This document shows positions 10,493 to 22,400 of a DNA stretch of 64,000 nucleotides, piece after piece. The notes beneath the pieces are model-generated. The model had not been told where the DNA came from. It saw only the letters and a list, made by a program, of their open reading frames with translations, and searched no databases. The position numbers and the translations under genes were made by a program. Within the stretch, counting starts at the first letter, position 1; every line of letters begins with the position of its first letter. The stretch covers positions 1,054,001 to 1,118,000 of the forward strand of contig NW_027140807.1 in the NCBI RefSeq assembly GCF_036365525.1, in the 5' to 3' direction. This DNA comes from Heterodontus francisci. Its lineage: Eukaryota.

Positions 10493-13400
10493 GTGAGTAA
10501 CTTTCATTCTCGACAAAGTTCACCCCCAGTACAACTGGAACAAGCTGTGCTTATTCACGCCATTAAATAGAATAATCTCCCAAATCTGATTGAAGAAATG
10601 TCTGACACGGCAGGGAAGGAGATGATTGGAGGTCTGACTGTTAGTTTAAAAGAGCAGACGGAGGTGGAGAGGCAGAAAGGTTTAGGAGGCCAGACATCTT
10701 GAAGCCACATCAGACAGTGTTGGAGGAAAGGGAGTGGAGGGAAGTTCGACAGGAGGCTTGGGTCAGAGAAACAGAGAGTTGGTGAAGATTACAGAAATGA
10801 GGTGGGAGAGGCCGTAGAGGTCATGAAAGAATTTGAACAGGAAGATGGAAATTGTACATCAAAGGCATTTGCAGCTGTGAACCAATGTGTGTCAGTGAGC
10901 ACAGGGGTGATGTGTGACTTAAACTTTCTGCAAGATAACATACAACAGCAGTGTGTTGGAGGAGACCTGACTTCTGGAAAGTGGAAGCTGGGAGGCTGGC
11001 CAGGAGAGGATTAGAAGATTTGATTCTCTCGAAGGTTGAGGGTTTTAGGTAGAGGATTGGCTGAGGCAAAATCAGTGATGACGGATATTAAGGAGGTTGT
11101 AATTGGCTGCCTTTGTGATGAAGAGGCTTCAGGGAAGGAAGCTGGGCTCAGTCGGAAGCAGGGCCGTGTGCTGATGAGAAATAGGAGAGGGGCAAGATAG
11201 ATTCTCGGGGTACCCTCGAGGTAACAGTGCCGGAGTGGGTAGGGAAGACACTGCAGGAGATTCTCTGGCTGAGACGAGGTTGGGTTGAGTGGAAGTAGGT
11301 GAGAGCAGTTCCACCCAGCTGGACTTGGAACGAGAGGTGTTGGCAGAGGGTAATGTGGTGAATTGTGTCAAAGACTGCCGACAGTTCGAGAAGGATGATC
11401 AGAAACAGTATTCCTGACTTGGCTCTTGCAGCTTCACTGCTGCTCAAACCCTTCACCAGTTATTTGGCACCTCTAGACTTGACTATTCCAAAGACCTCCT
11501 GGCTGATCTCTCACATTCCACCTTCCGTACATTGAGGTCATCCAATATGATACTGCCCAAGTCCCATTCTCCTTTCATCTCCGTGCTCACTGACCGACAC
11601 TGGCTCCCGGTTCAGCAAGGCCTGGATTTCAATATTCTCACAATCGTTTTTAGATCCTTCCATCACCTCGCCGTTCCCTACTGCTGAAATCATCTCCAGC
11701 CCCACAACCCTCAGAGATCTCTGCGCTACTGTAATTCAGGCCTCTTGAGTATTCCCGATTTGAATCCCTTCCACCATTGGCAGCTGTGCCTTCACCTGCC
11801 GAGGCTTAACGCTATGGAATTCTATCCCTCAACTTCTCCGTCTCTCCACCTCTCTTTCATCCTTTCAGAGACTCCTTAAAACCTCCTCTTTGACATTGCA
11901 TTTGGCCACCTGCCCTACCAGCTGCTTCTGTGGATCAGTGTCAGTTCGGGATGGTAACACACCGATGAAGTGCCTCGGGGCATTTTATTCCATCAAAGGC
12001 ACGACATAAATGCATATTGTTGTTGGTTTTGGGACTAAACGTTCCCTCTCCAGGACCCACCATTCACATTGGGTCGCTTGTTCTCCACCTGGCAGTTCTC
12101 GCTCCTCCTCCACTTTACATCTTTCCGACTGGGACGAAGTGAAGCTGAGATATTTACTGCTTTCTGTTCCCTGAGAGCTGGTGGTTAATCTAGAATAGGG
12201 AGGACTGTCTGTGAGCAGTGAGTTAGAGGGGGAGGCTGAGCTGGGAGACAGATGGAAACCCAGTTTAGAGAAGGAGGAAATTTTCCAGCTTTAATCTGGG
12301 GGGTTTTGACCAGGGCGGAGGTTGTAACTGAGATTATTGGTATTTTGGGATGGTGAAAGGCGCTGTGTAACATTAACTGTACTTTATATTAACATTAAAC
12401 ATCTTTGTGTCACTCAATCACAGACTCTGCACTCACTGACCCGTGTGTAAATCATACAGTCCTGGACCAGCCCTGGAGGAGCATCGATTGTACAGGGACT
12501 GAGTGCTCCGGTCAGGTGAAGTGTGATCGGTATCTTGTTCAAGGATGGTACAGATTTAACAGGTAATGTAAAGGAACAAATTCTGGGTAAATCAGTTAAT
12601 GAGGGAGGATTAAGGGATTTCCCCCAGTTTCTGGTACTCTCTGCTGGTACCAGTCTCTCTAAAAATTAATATTTACCATCAGTTCAAGGACTGACTCTGT
12701 GATTGTTGTTTCAGTTCTGGTGGATGGAAGATTCCGGACACTGTTGTCCCAGATAGCCACTGCTCCACAAAGCGTCCAGGCTGGTTACAGGGTAATTTCA
12801 GCCTTTATAATATCAGATTTACATTCACTGTCCAGCACTGTTCACATGGGTTACATTCTTCAATATTTATAAACTCTCATTTCAGGTTCCCATCCCAGTG
12901 TGGGACAGGGGGAAGTAACACGGACAGTTTGTTTCAACAGGGATGGAAATCGCTGCCACAGGACCCAGAAAATAAAGATCAAAAACTGCAGCAGTTATTT
13001 TGTTTATGCGCTGAAGCCTCCACCTGTCTGTAACGCTGCTTATTGCACAGGTAGATTGCTGTTTGTATATGGTGCAGATGGGTGATTCTGGGATGTCCCG
13101 TGTCACCCACAAAAATGAGACAGTTTACGCACTGCCCTCCTTTTTGTGAGGGACACAGTGAATATCGGATCTGTAAAACAGGGTGAACTCTTCACTAAAA
13201 CTCTAGGGAACTGAACCAGATGCTCGCTGTCTGGAGAGAGGGCTGGCATGTCTGGGTATTATTCTGTCAAGAATGCACTTGAGGATTCAGGTTTTCTAGT
13301 GAGTGTCAGACACAGCAGCAGGATCCTGACAGACTCTATGTGAAGGGCAGTCACTCTCGTCTCACCTCTTGAGTTCCACTCTTTTGTCCGTGTTTGAACC

Positions 13401-16400
13401 ACAGCTATGATGAGGTCTGGAGCTGAGTGACCCTGGCGGAGCACAAACTGACCATCACTGAACAGGTAATTGCTGAGCAAGTATCATTTGATAGCACTGT
13501 CGATGACACCTTCCATCATTTGACTGATGATAGAGAGTAGACTGATGGGACGGTAATTGGGTGGGTTGAACTTGCCCTGCTTTGACTTGTCATGCTTTTT
13601 ATGCACAGGACATGCCTGAGCAGATTTACACATTGCAGGGTAGATGCCAGTGTTGTAGCTGTACCAGAATAGCTTGGCTCAGGATGCAACAAGTTCTGGA
13701 GCACAGGTCTTCAGTACTACTTCAGGGATATTGTCAGGGCCCATAGCATTTGCAGTATTCAATGCCTTCAGTCATTTCTTGATATCACCTGGAGTGAATC
13801 GAATTGTCATCTGTGATGTTGGGGACTTCAGGAGCAGGCCGAGGTGGATCATCTACTCGGCACTTCTGGCTGAAGATGGTTGCAAATGCTTGAGTCTTAT
13901 CTTTCGCACTAATGTGCTGGGCTCCCTGATCTTTGAGGATGGGGATATTTCTGGGGCCTCCTCCTCCAGTTAGTTGTTTAATTATCTACTGCCCTTTATG
14001 ACTGGATGTGGCAGGACTGCAGAGCTCAGATCTGATCCGTTGGTTATGGGATCGCTTAGCTCTGTCTATCACATGCTGCTTCTGCTGTTTGGCACGCAGA
14101 TTGTCCTGGGTTGTAGTTTCACCAGGCTGACACCTCATTTTGAGGTATGCCTTGTGCTGCACTTTACATGCCCTCCTGCACTTTTCATTGAACCATGTTT
14201 GGTCTCCTGGCTTGATGGTCATGATAGAGTGGGGAATATACCGGACCATGAGGTTACAGATTGTGGTTGAGTACAATTCTGCTGCTGCTGTTGTTCCCAC
14301 AGCACCTCATGGATGCCCATTGTTGCATTGCTAGATTTGTTTGAATCTATCCCATTTAGCATGGTGATAGTGCCAGACAACACGATGGATGGTATCCTCA
14401 ATGTAAAGGCGGGACTTCGTCTCCACAAGGACTGTGCGGTGGTCACTCCTACCAATACTGTCATGGATATGTGGCAGGCAGATTGGTGAGGATGAAGTCA
14501 AGTATATTTTCACCTCTTGTTGATTCTGTCATCATCTGCCACAGTCGCAGACTAGCAGCTATGTCCTTTAGGACTCAGCCAGCTCGGTCAGGAGTGGGCG
14601 GCAGTGATTGAGGGGAGTGGGATGTAGTGAATGTGGGGAGTGGGATGTCGTGACTGAGGGGAGGGGGATGCAGTGACTGAGGGGAGTGGGATGCAGTGAC
14701 TGAGGGGAGTGGGATGCTGTAATTGAGGGAAGTGGGATGTAGTGACTGATGAGTGAGATGTGGTAACTGATGGGAGTAGGATGTAGAGATGCGGGGAGTG
14801 AGGTGCAGTGCTTGAAGGGAATGGTACGGTATGATTCGGTGGACCTTGTGTGGTAACATAGAGAAGTGGGATGCAGTTATTGAGGGGAGTAGGATGCCGT
14901 GACTGAGTGGAGTGGGATACACAGACTGAGGGGAGTGGGATGCAGTGACTGAGGGGAGCTGGATGCAGTGACTGAGGGGAGTGTGATATAGTGACTGAGG
15001 GGAGTGGAATACAGTGACTGTGGGGAGTGTGATGCAGTGACTGAGGGGAGTGTGATACAGTGACAGTGGGGAATGGGATACAGTGACTGAGGGGAGTGTG
15101 ATACAGTGACTGAGGGGAGTGTGATACAGTGACTGAGGGGAGTGGGATACAGTGACTGAGGGGAGTGGAATACAGTGACTGTGGGGAGTGTGATACAGTG
15201 ACTGAGGGGAGTGTGATACAGTAACTGAGGGGAGTGTGATCCAGTGACTGTGGGGAGTGGGATACAGTGACTGAGGGGAGTGGAATACATTGACTGAGGG
15301 GAGTGGAATACAGTGACTGTGGGGAGTAGGATACAGTGACTGAGGGGAGTGTGATACAGTGACTGAGGAGAGTGTGATACAGTAACTGAGGGGAGTGGAA
15401 TACAGTGACTGAGGGGAGTGGAATACAGTGACTGTGGGGAGTGGGATGCAGTGACTGAGGGGAGTGTGATCCCTTACATTTATCTTCACATCCTCCTCGC
15501 TTTCACTTGTCACTTGAACTTTTCCCAGTTCTGATGTCAGGTCACATATTAACATTAAACATCTTTCTGTCACTCAGTCACAGACTCTGCACTCACTGAC
15601 CCGTGTGTAAATCACACAGTCCTGGACCAGCCCTGGAGAAGCAGCGATTGTGATGTCACTGGGTGCTCCGGTCAGGAGAAGTGTGATGATAATCTTCACT
15701 TCGGATGGTACCGATTTAAAAGGTAATGTAAAGGAACAATTTCAGGGTAATCTAGTCAATATGGGCAGAGTAAGGGACTTCCCCCAGTTTCTGGTCCTAT
15801 TTGCTGGTACCAGTCTCTCTAACAGTTAATATTTACCATCAGTTCAGGGACTGACTCGATGATTGTTATTTCAGTTCTGGTGGATGGAAGATTCCGGAGA
15901 CTGCTGTCCCACATCATCGCTGCTCCACAAATGTTACAGGCTGGTTACAAGGTAATTTCAGCCTTTATAATATCAGATTTACATTCACTGTCCAGCACTG
16001 TTCACATGGGTTACTGTCTTCAATATTTATAAACTCTCATTTCAGGTTCCCATCCCAGCGTGGGACAGGGGGAAGTAACACGGACAGTTTGTTTATACTG
16101 GGGTAGAAAACACTGCGACAAGGTCCATGAGATAAAGATCAAAAACTGCAGCAGTTACTTCGTTTATGAGTTGAAGTCGTTGTTTCGTTGTGCTGCGTAT
16201 TGTACAGGTACTTTGATGCTTCTATATCATCCAGAGGGTGAAACTGGGATGTCCCGTGTCACCCACAGAAATGAGACAGTTTACTCGCTCCCCTCCTTAT
16301 TGTCAGGGACACAGTGAATAAAGGATCTGAAACACAAAGTGTACTTCACTGAAACTCTAGGGAACTGAACCAGACTCTGCTGTCCCTGTCTCTCAGGCAC

Positions 16401-19400
16401 TCTGATCCCTGCAGTGTTCATGGCTCACGTCAGGTCCCCACTGCAGTGCTGGGCACCTCACACTCCCTCTCCAGGAAACAATGTTCATGAAGAGTCGGAT
16501 TGGATGGTCGAGTGTTTGATAAAGATGAAAATCTGACACTGTCTGGACTCGAGTACTTAATACATGAGCTCTTTGGGTTTTCTCCACTCTGCCCTCTTCC
16601 TTTATTACAGATCCAGAGACTGTCGCAACTGAGGAACCCGAGGAACAAACAACTCGAGTATCCACGAGGGGATCATCGTCTACCCCTGCGGTGTCTGGAA
16701 CATCAGGTACCCCCCTTGTGGGTCCATTCGAAACAGGTTCCACACCCAATGTTACATCATAGAAGATCAGTCCTGGAGATCATCCAGTCTCTTACTGAGG
16801 GAAGTGGGATGGAGTGATTGAGGGAATTGGGATGAGTGACTGAGGGGAGTGGAATGTAGTGACTGAGGGGAGTGGATGCGGTGACTGAGGGGAGTGGGAT
16901 GGGGTGACTGAGGGGAGTGGGCTGGGGTGACTGAGGGGAGTGGGATGTAGTGACTGAGTGGAGTGGGATGTAGTTACTGAGGGGAGTGGGATGTGAACAA
17001 AGAACAAAGAACAAAGAAAATTACAGCACAGGAACAGGCTCTTCGGCCCTCCAAGCCTACGCCGATCCAGATCCTCTATCTAAACCTGTCGCCTATTTTC
17101 TAAGGGTCTGCATCTCTTTATTTCCTGCCCATTCATGTATCTGTCTAGATACATCTTAAAAGACGCTATCGTGCCCGCGTCTACCACCTCCACTGGCAAT
17201 GCATTCCATGCACCCACCACCCTCTGCGTAAATAACTTTCCACGCATATCTCCCCTAACCTTTTCCCCTTTCTCTTTGAACTCGTGTCCCCTTGTAATTG
17301 AATCCCCCACTCTGGGAAAAAGCTTCTAGCTATCCACCCTGTCTATACCTCTCATGATTTTGTGCACCTCAATCATGTCCCCCCTCAAGCTCCTTCTTTC
17401 TAATGAAAATAATCCTAATCTACTCAACCTCTCTTCATAGCTAGCGCCCTCCAAACCAGGCAACATCCTGGTGAACATCCTCTGCACCCTCTCCAAATCA
17501 TCCACATCCTTTTGGTAATGTGGCGACCAGAACTGCACGCAGTATTCCAAATGTGGCCGAACCAAAGTCCTATACAACTGTAACATGACCTGCCAACTCT
17601 TGTACTCAATGACCCGTCCGATGAACGAAAGCATGCCGTATGCCTTCTTGACCACTCTATTGACCTGCGTTGCCACCTTCAGGGAACAATGGACCTGAAC
17701 ACCCAAATCTCTCTGTACATCAATTTTCCCCAGGACTTTTCCATTTACTGTATAGTTCACTCTTGAATTGGATCTTCCAAAATGCATCACCTCGCATTTG
17801 CCCTGATTGAACTCCATCTGCCATTTCTCTGCCCAACTCTCCAATCTATCTATATTCTGCTGCATTCTCTGACAGTCCCCTTCACTATCTGCTACTCCAC
17901 CAATCTTAGTGTCGTCTGCAAACTTGCTAATCAGACCACCTATACTTTCCTCCAAATCATTTATGTATATCACAAACAACAGTGGTCCCAGCACAGATCC
18001 CTGTGGAACACCACTGGTCACACGTCTCCATTTTGAGAAACTCCCTTCCACTGCTACTCTCTGTCTCCTGTTGCCCAGCCAGTTCTTTATCCATCTAGCT
18101 AGTACACCTTGGACCCCATGCGCCTTCACTTTCTCCATCAGCCTACCATGGGGAACCTTATCAAACGCCTTACTGAAGTCCATGTTTCCGACATCTACAG
18201 CCCTTCCCTCATCAATCAACTTTGTCACTTCCTCAAAGAATTCTATTAAGTTGGTAAGACATGACCTTCCCTGCACAAAACCATGTTGCCTATCACTGAT
18301 AAGCCCATTTTCTTCCAGATGGGGATAGATCCTATCCCTCAGTATCTTCTCCAGCAGCTTCCCTACCACTGACGTCAGGCTCACCGGTCTATAATTACCT
18401 GGATTATCCCTGCTACCCTTCTTAAACAAGGGGGCAACATTAGCAATTCTCCAGTCCTCCGGGACCTCACCCGTGTTTAAGGATGTAGCAAAGATATCTG
18501 TTAAGGCCCCAACTATTTCCTCTCTCGCTTCCCACAGTAACCTGGGATAGATCCCATCCGGACCTGGGGACTTGTCCACGTTAATGCCTTTTAGAATACC
18601 CAACACTTCCTCCCTCCTTAGGCCGACTTGACCTAGAGTAATCAAACATCTGTCCCTAACCTCAACATCCGTCATGTCCCTCTCCTCGGTGAATACCAAT
18701 GCAAAGTATTCATTTGGAATCTCACCCATTTTCTCTGACTCCACACATAACTTTCCTCCTTTGTCCTTGAGTGGGCCAATCCTTTCTCTAGTTACCCTCT
18801 TGCTCCTTATATATGAATAAAAGGCTTTGGGATTTTCCTTAACCCTGTTTGCCAATAATATTTCATGACCCCTTTTAACACTCTTAATTCCTCGTTTCAG
18901 ATTGTGCCTACAATCCCGATATTCTTTCCAAGCTTCGTCATTCTTCAGCCGCCTAGACCTTATGTATGCTTCCTTTTTCCTCTTAGCTGGTCTCACAATT
19001 TCACCTGTCATCCATGGTTCCCTAATCTTGCCATTTCTATCCCTCATTTTCACAGGAACATGTCTCTCCTGCACACTAATCAACCTCTCTTTAAAAGCCT
19101 CCCACATATCACATGTGGATTTACCTTCAAACAGCTGCTCCCAATCTGCATTCCCCAGCTCCTGCCGAATTTTGGTATAGTTGTCCTTCCCCCAATTTAG
19201 CACTCTTCCTTTAGGACCACTCTTGTCTTTGTCCATGAGTATTCTAAACCTTACGGAATTGAGATCACTATTCCCAGAGTAGTCCCCTACTGAAACGTCA
19301 ACCACCTGGCCCGGCCCATTCCCCAACACCAGGTCCAGTATGGCCCCTTCCCGAGTTGGACTATTTACATACTGCTCTAGAAAACCCTCCTGGATGCTCC

Positions 19401-22400
19401 TTACAAATTCTGCTCCATCTAGACCTCTAACACTAAGTGAATCCCAGTCAATGTTGGGAAAATTAAAATCTCCTATCATCACCACCCTGTTGCTCTGACA
19501 GCTTTCCATAAACTGACTGAGTGGACTGTGATGTCGTGATTGAGGGGATTGGGATGTAGAGAATGCGGGGAGTGGCATGCAGTGATTGAGGGGAGTGGGA
19601 TGATGTAATTGAGGGGAGTGGGATGTAGTGAAGGAGGGGAGTGGGATGAAGTAATTGAGGGGAGTGGTATGCAGTGACTGAGGGGAGTGGACTGATGCAA
19701 TTGAGGGGAGTGTGATTGAGCGACTGAGGGGAGTGGGATGCAGTGACGGAGGGGAGTGGGATGATGCAGTTGAGGGGAGTGGGATGATTCAATTGAGGGG
19801 AGTGGGATGCCGTGACTAAGGGGAGTGGGATGCAGTGACTGCGGGGCGTGGGATGCATTGACTGAGGGGAGTGGGATGCAGTGACTGAGGGGAGTGGGAT
19901 GATGTAATTGAGGGGAGTGGCATGCAGAGACTGAGAGGAGTGGGATGCAGTGGCTGAGGGGAGTGGGATGGAGTGACTGAGGGGAGTGGGATGGGCTAAC
20001 TGAGGGGAGTGGGATGCAGTGACTGAGGTGCATGGGATGCAGTGACTGAGGGGAGTGGGATGATGTAATTGAGGGGAGTGGGATTTCGAGACTAAGGGGA
20101 TTGAGAAGATATGATTGAAGGGAGTGTGATTCAATGACTGAGGGCAGTGACATTTTATGACTGGGTAAAATGTAATGCAGTTCCTGTGCCAACTGGGATA
20201 CAGTGAGTGTGGACATGTGGATTGTCTCACAATGGTTTTTATATACACTAGCATCTGTGATTTACTGTACTCTAATCTATCCAGTTCGAACTTTCTCTCA
20301 CTCCTTCCCTCCCCCATGTTTCTTTCCCTTTATTACACATCCAGAGACTTCAACAACCTCAAGAACCAAGGAGCAAACAACTCCACAATCCATTGAGAAA
20401 GCACCATCTAACCCAATCGATACTTTCACCTCAGGTATCAGTTTTATGTTGTTCAATCAGGACGGGTTGATTCTTACACTGACTGCCTGATTTGGGTGAA
20501 TGGAATCTACCGCACAGGAAGAGGCCACTCGGCCCCTCTTGCTATCCTCTTCATCTAACCTTTTCCTTCCTTTTCCTTTCTCCCTCAGGTGTTTAACCAG
20601 ATTTACCTTAAATTTCATTTCCCTCGACCATTCAGGATTAATTCTACATTCTCACTACACCTTGGTGTACTTGTCCATAGTTCACTGAAGGCAGCAGCAC
20701 AGGTAGATCATGTGGTTTGGAAGGTATATGGGATACTTGCCTGTCTTAGCCGAGGCACAGAATATAAGAGCAGGGCGGTTATGATGGACCTGTACAAAAC
20801 GCTAGTTTGGCCACAGCTGGAGTACTGAGAACAGTTCTGGGCACCACAATATAGAAAGGATGTGATTGCACTGGAGAGGGTGCAGAGGAGATTCACCAGG
20901 AGGTTGCCTGGGCTGGAGCATTTCAGCTGAGAAAAGAGGCTGGATAGGCTATGGTTGTTTACCTTAGAGCAGAGAAGGCTGAGGGGGGACCTGATTGAGG
21001 TATACAAAATTATGAGGGGCATTGATCGGTTAGATTGGAAGAAACTGTTTCCCTTAGCGGAGGGGTCAGTAACCAGGAGGAATAGACTTAAGATAAAAGG
21101 CAAGAGGTTTATAGGCGATTTAAGGAAACAGATTTTCACCCTGAGGGTGGTTGGAATCTGGAACACACTGTCTGAAGAGGTGGTAGAGGCATGAACCCTC
21201 ACAACATTTAATAAGTATTTAGATAAGCACTTGAAACGCCGCAGCATACATGATTACGGGCCAAGTGCTGGAAAATGGGATTAGAATAGCGACGTGCTTG
21301 ATGATCGGCATGGACACGATGGGCCGAAGGGCCTGTTTCCATGCTGTATAATTGTATGAGTCTAGGGCTGTGACGCACTTTTCAGTAAAGAGGCTTCCTC
21401 TGAAATCACCACTGGATTTACTTGTGACTGTTTTATTTTCTATCCCTCTCTCTCCACCCTCCTCTCCCACTGCCTCTTTCTGCACTTCCTGTCAGTATCT
21501 CTTTTGCTCTCTGTGTATCTTTCTCTTTATATCTCTATATTTGCTCTCTCTCTCTGTCTGCCATTTTCACTTAGTCTCTGTCTATCTCTATCTGACAATT
21601 TCGTTTTCCCTCTGTCTCTCTCTTTATCTCTGTAACTCACTGCTCTCCCCATTTCGCTTCTTCTCTCGCTGTCTGTATCTGTTGCTCTCACTCTCGGACT
21701 CTTTCTTGATCTCTCACATTTTCTATCGCTCTCTTTCTTCTCATTTTTCTCTCCCTCTGTTGCCCTCTTTCACTCTGTCTCCCACTCTCACTGTCTCTAA
21801 CTCTCACACGTTATCTCTCACTCACAGTGACTGAGGGCAGTGGGATGCATTGACTGAGGGGAGTGGGATGCATTGACTGAGGGGAGTGGGATGTAGTGAC
21901 TAAGAGGAGTGCAATGTAATGGAAGAGGATGGTGGGGTGTAATGACTGAGAAGAGTGGGATAGACTGATGGAGGTGAATGGAATGCAATGACTGAGGGGA
22001 CTGGGATGGAGTGGCTGAGCGGAGTTGTGTGAAAGGTTTGAGGGGAGTGAGTTGTAGTGAATGAGGGGAGTGGAATACTGTGACTGATATTAGATCCAGA
22101 GAGTGAGGGAGAGTGGGAGGCAGTGACGGAGGGGCTTGGGATGCCGTGACTGAGGGCAGTGCGATGGCCTGACTGAGGGAGTGGGATGTTGTGACTGAGG
22201 GAAGTGGGAGTGCGAGTTAGAGCCTGAGAGTAGTGGGATGTAGTGACAGAGGGAGGTGGGATGCAGTGACTGAGGGGAGTGGGATAGACTAACGGAGCTG
22301 AGTGGGATGTAGTGACCTATGGGAGTGGGATGCGGTGACTGAGGGGAGTGGAATGTAGAGACCGAGGGTTGTGGGTTACACAGGCTGAGGGGAGTGTAAC

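Noticed and set aside
12040-12145. Possible extra exon after ttccctctccAG
   Set aside because: No good in-phase GT donor before a stop; the leader splices cleanly to 12424 and completes the signal peptide without it.
13154-13185. CACAGTG about 105 bp downstream of each D8C module (also near 16310 and 61250), suggesting RAG-mediated rearrangement of D8C exons
   Set aside because: No credible nonamer at 12- or 23-nt spacing (5/9 at best, off-register), and the heptamer is intronic rather than at a coding end.
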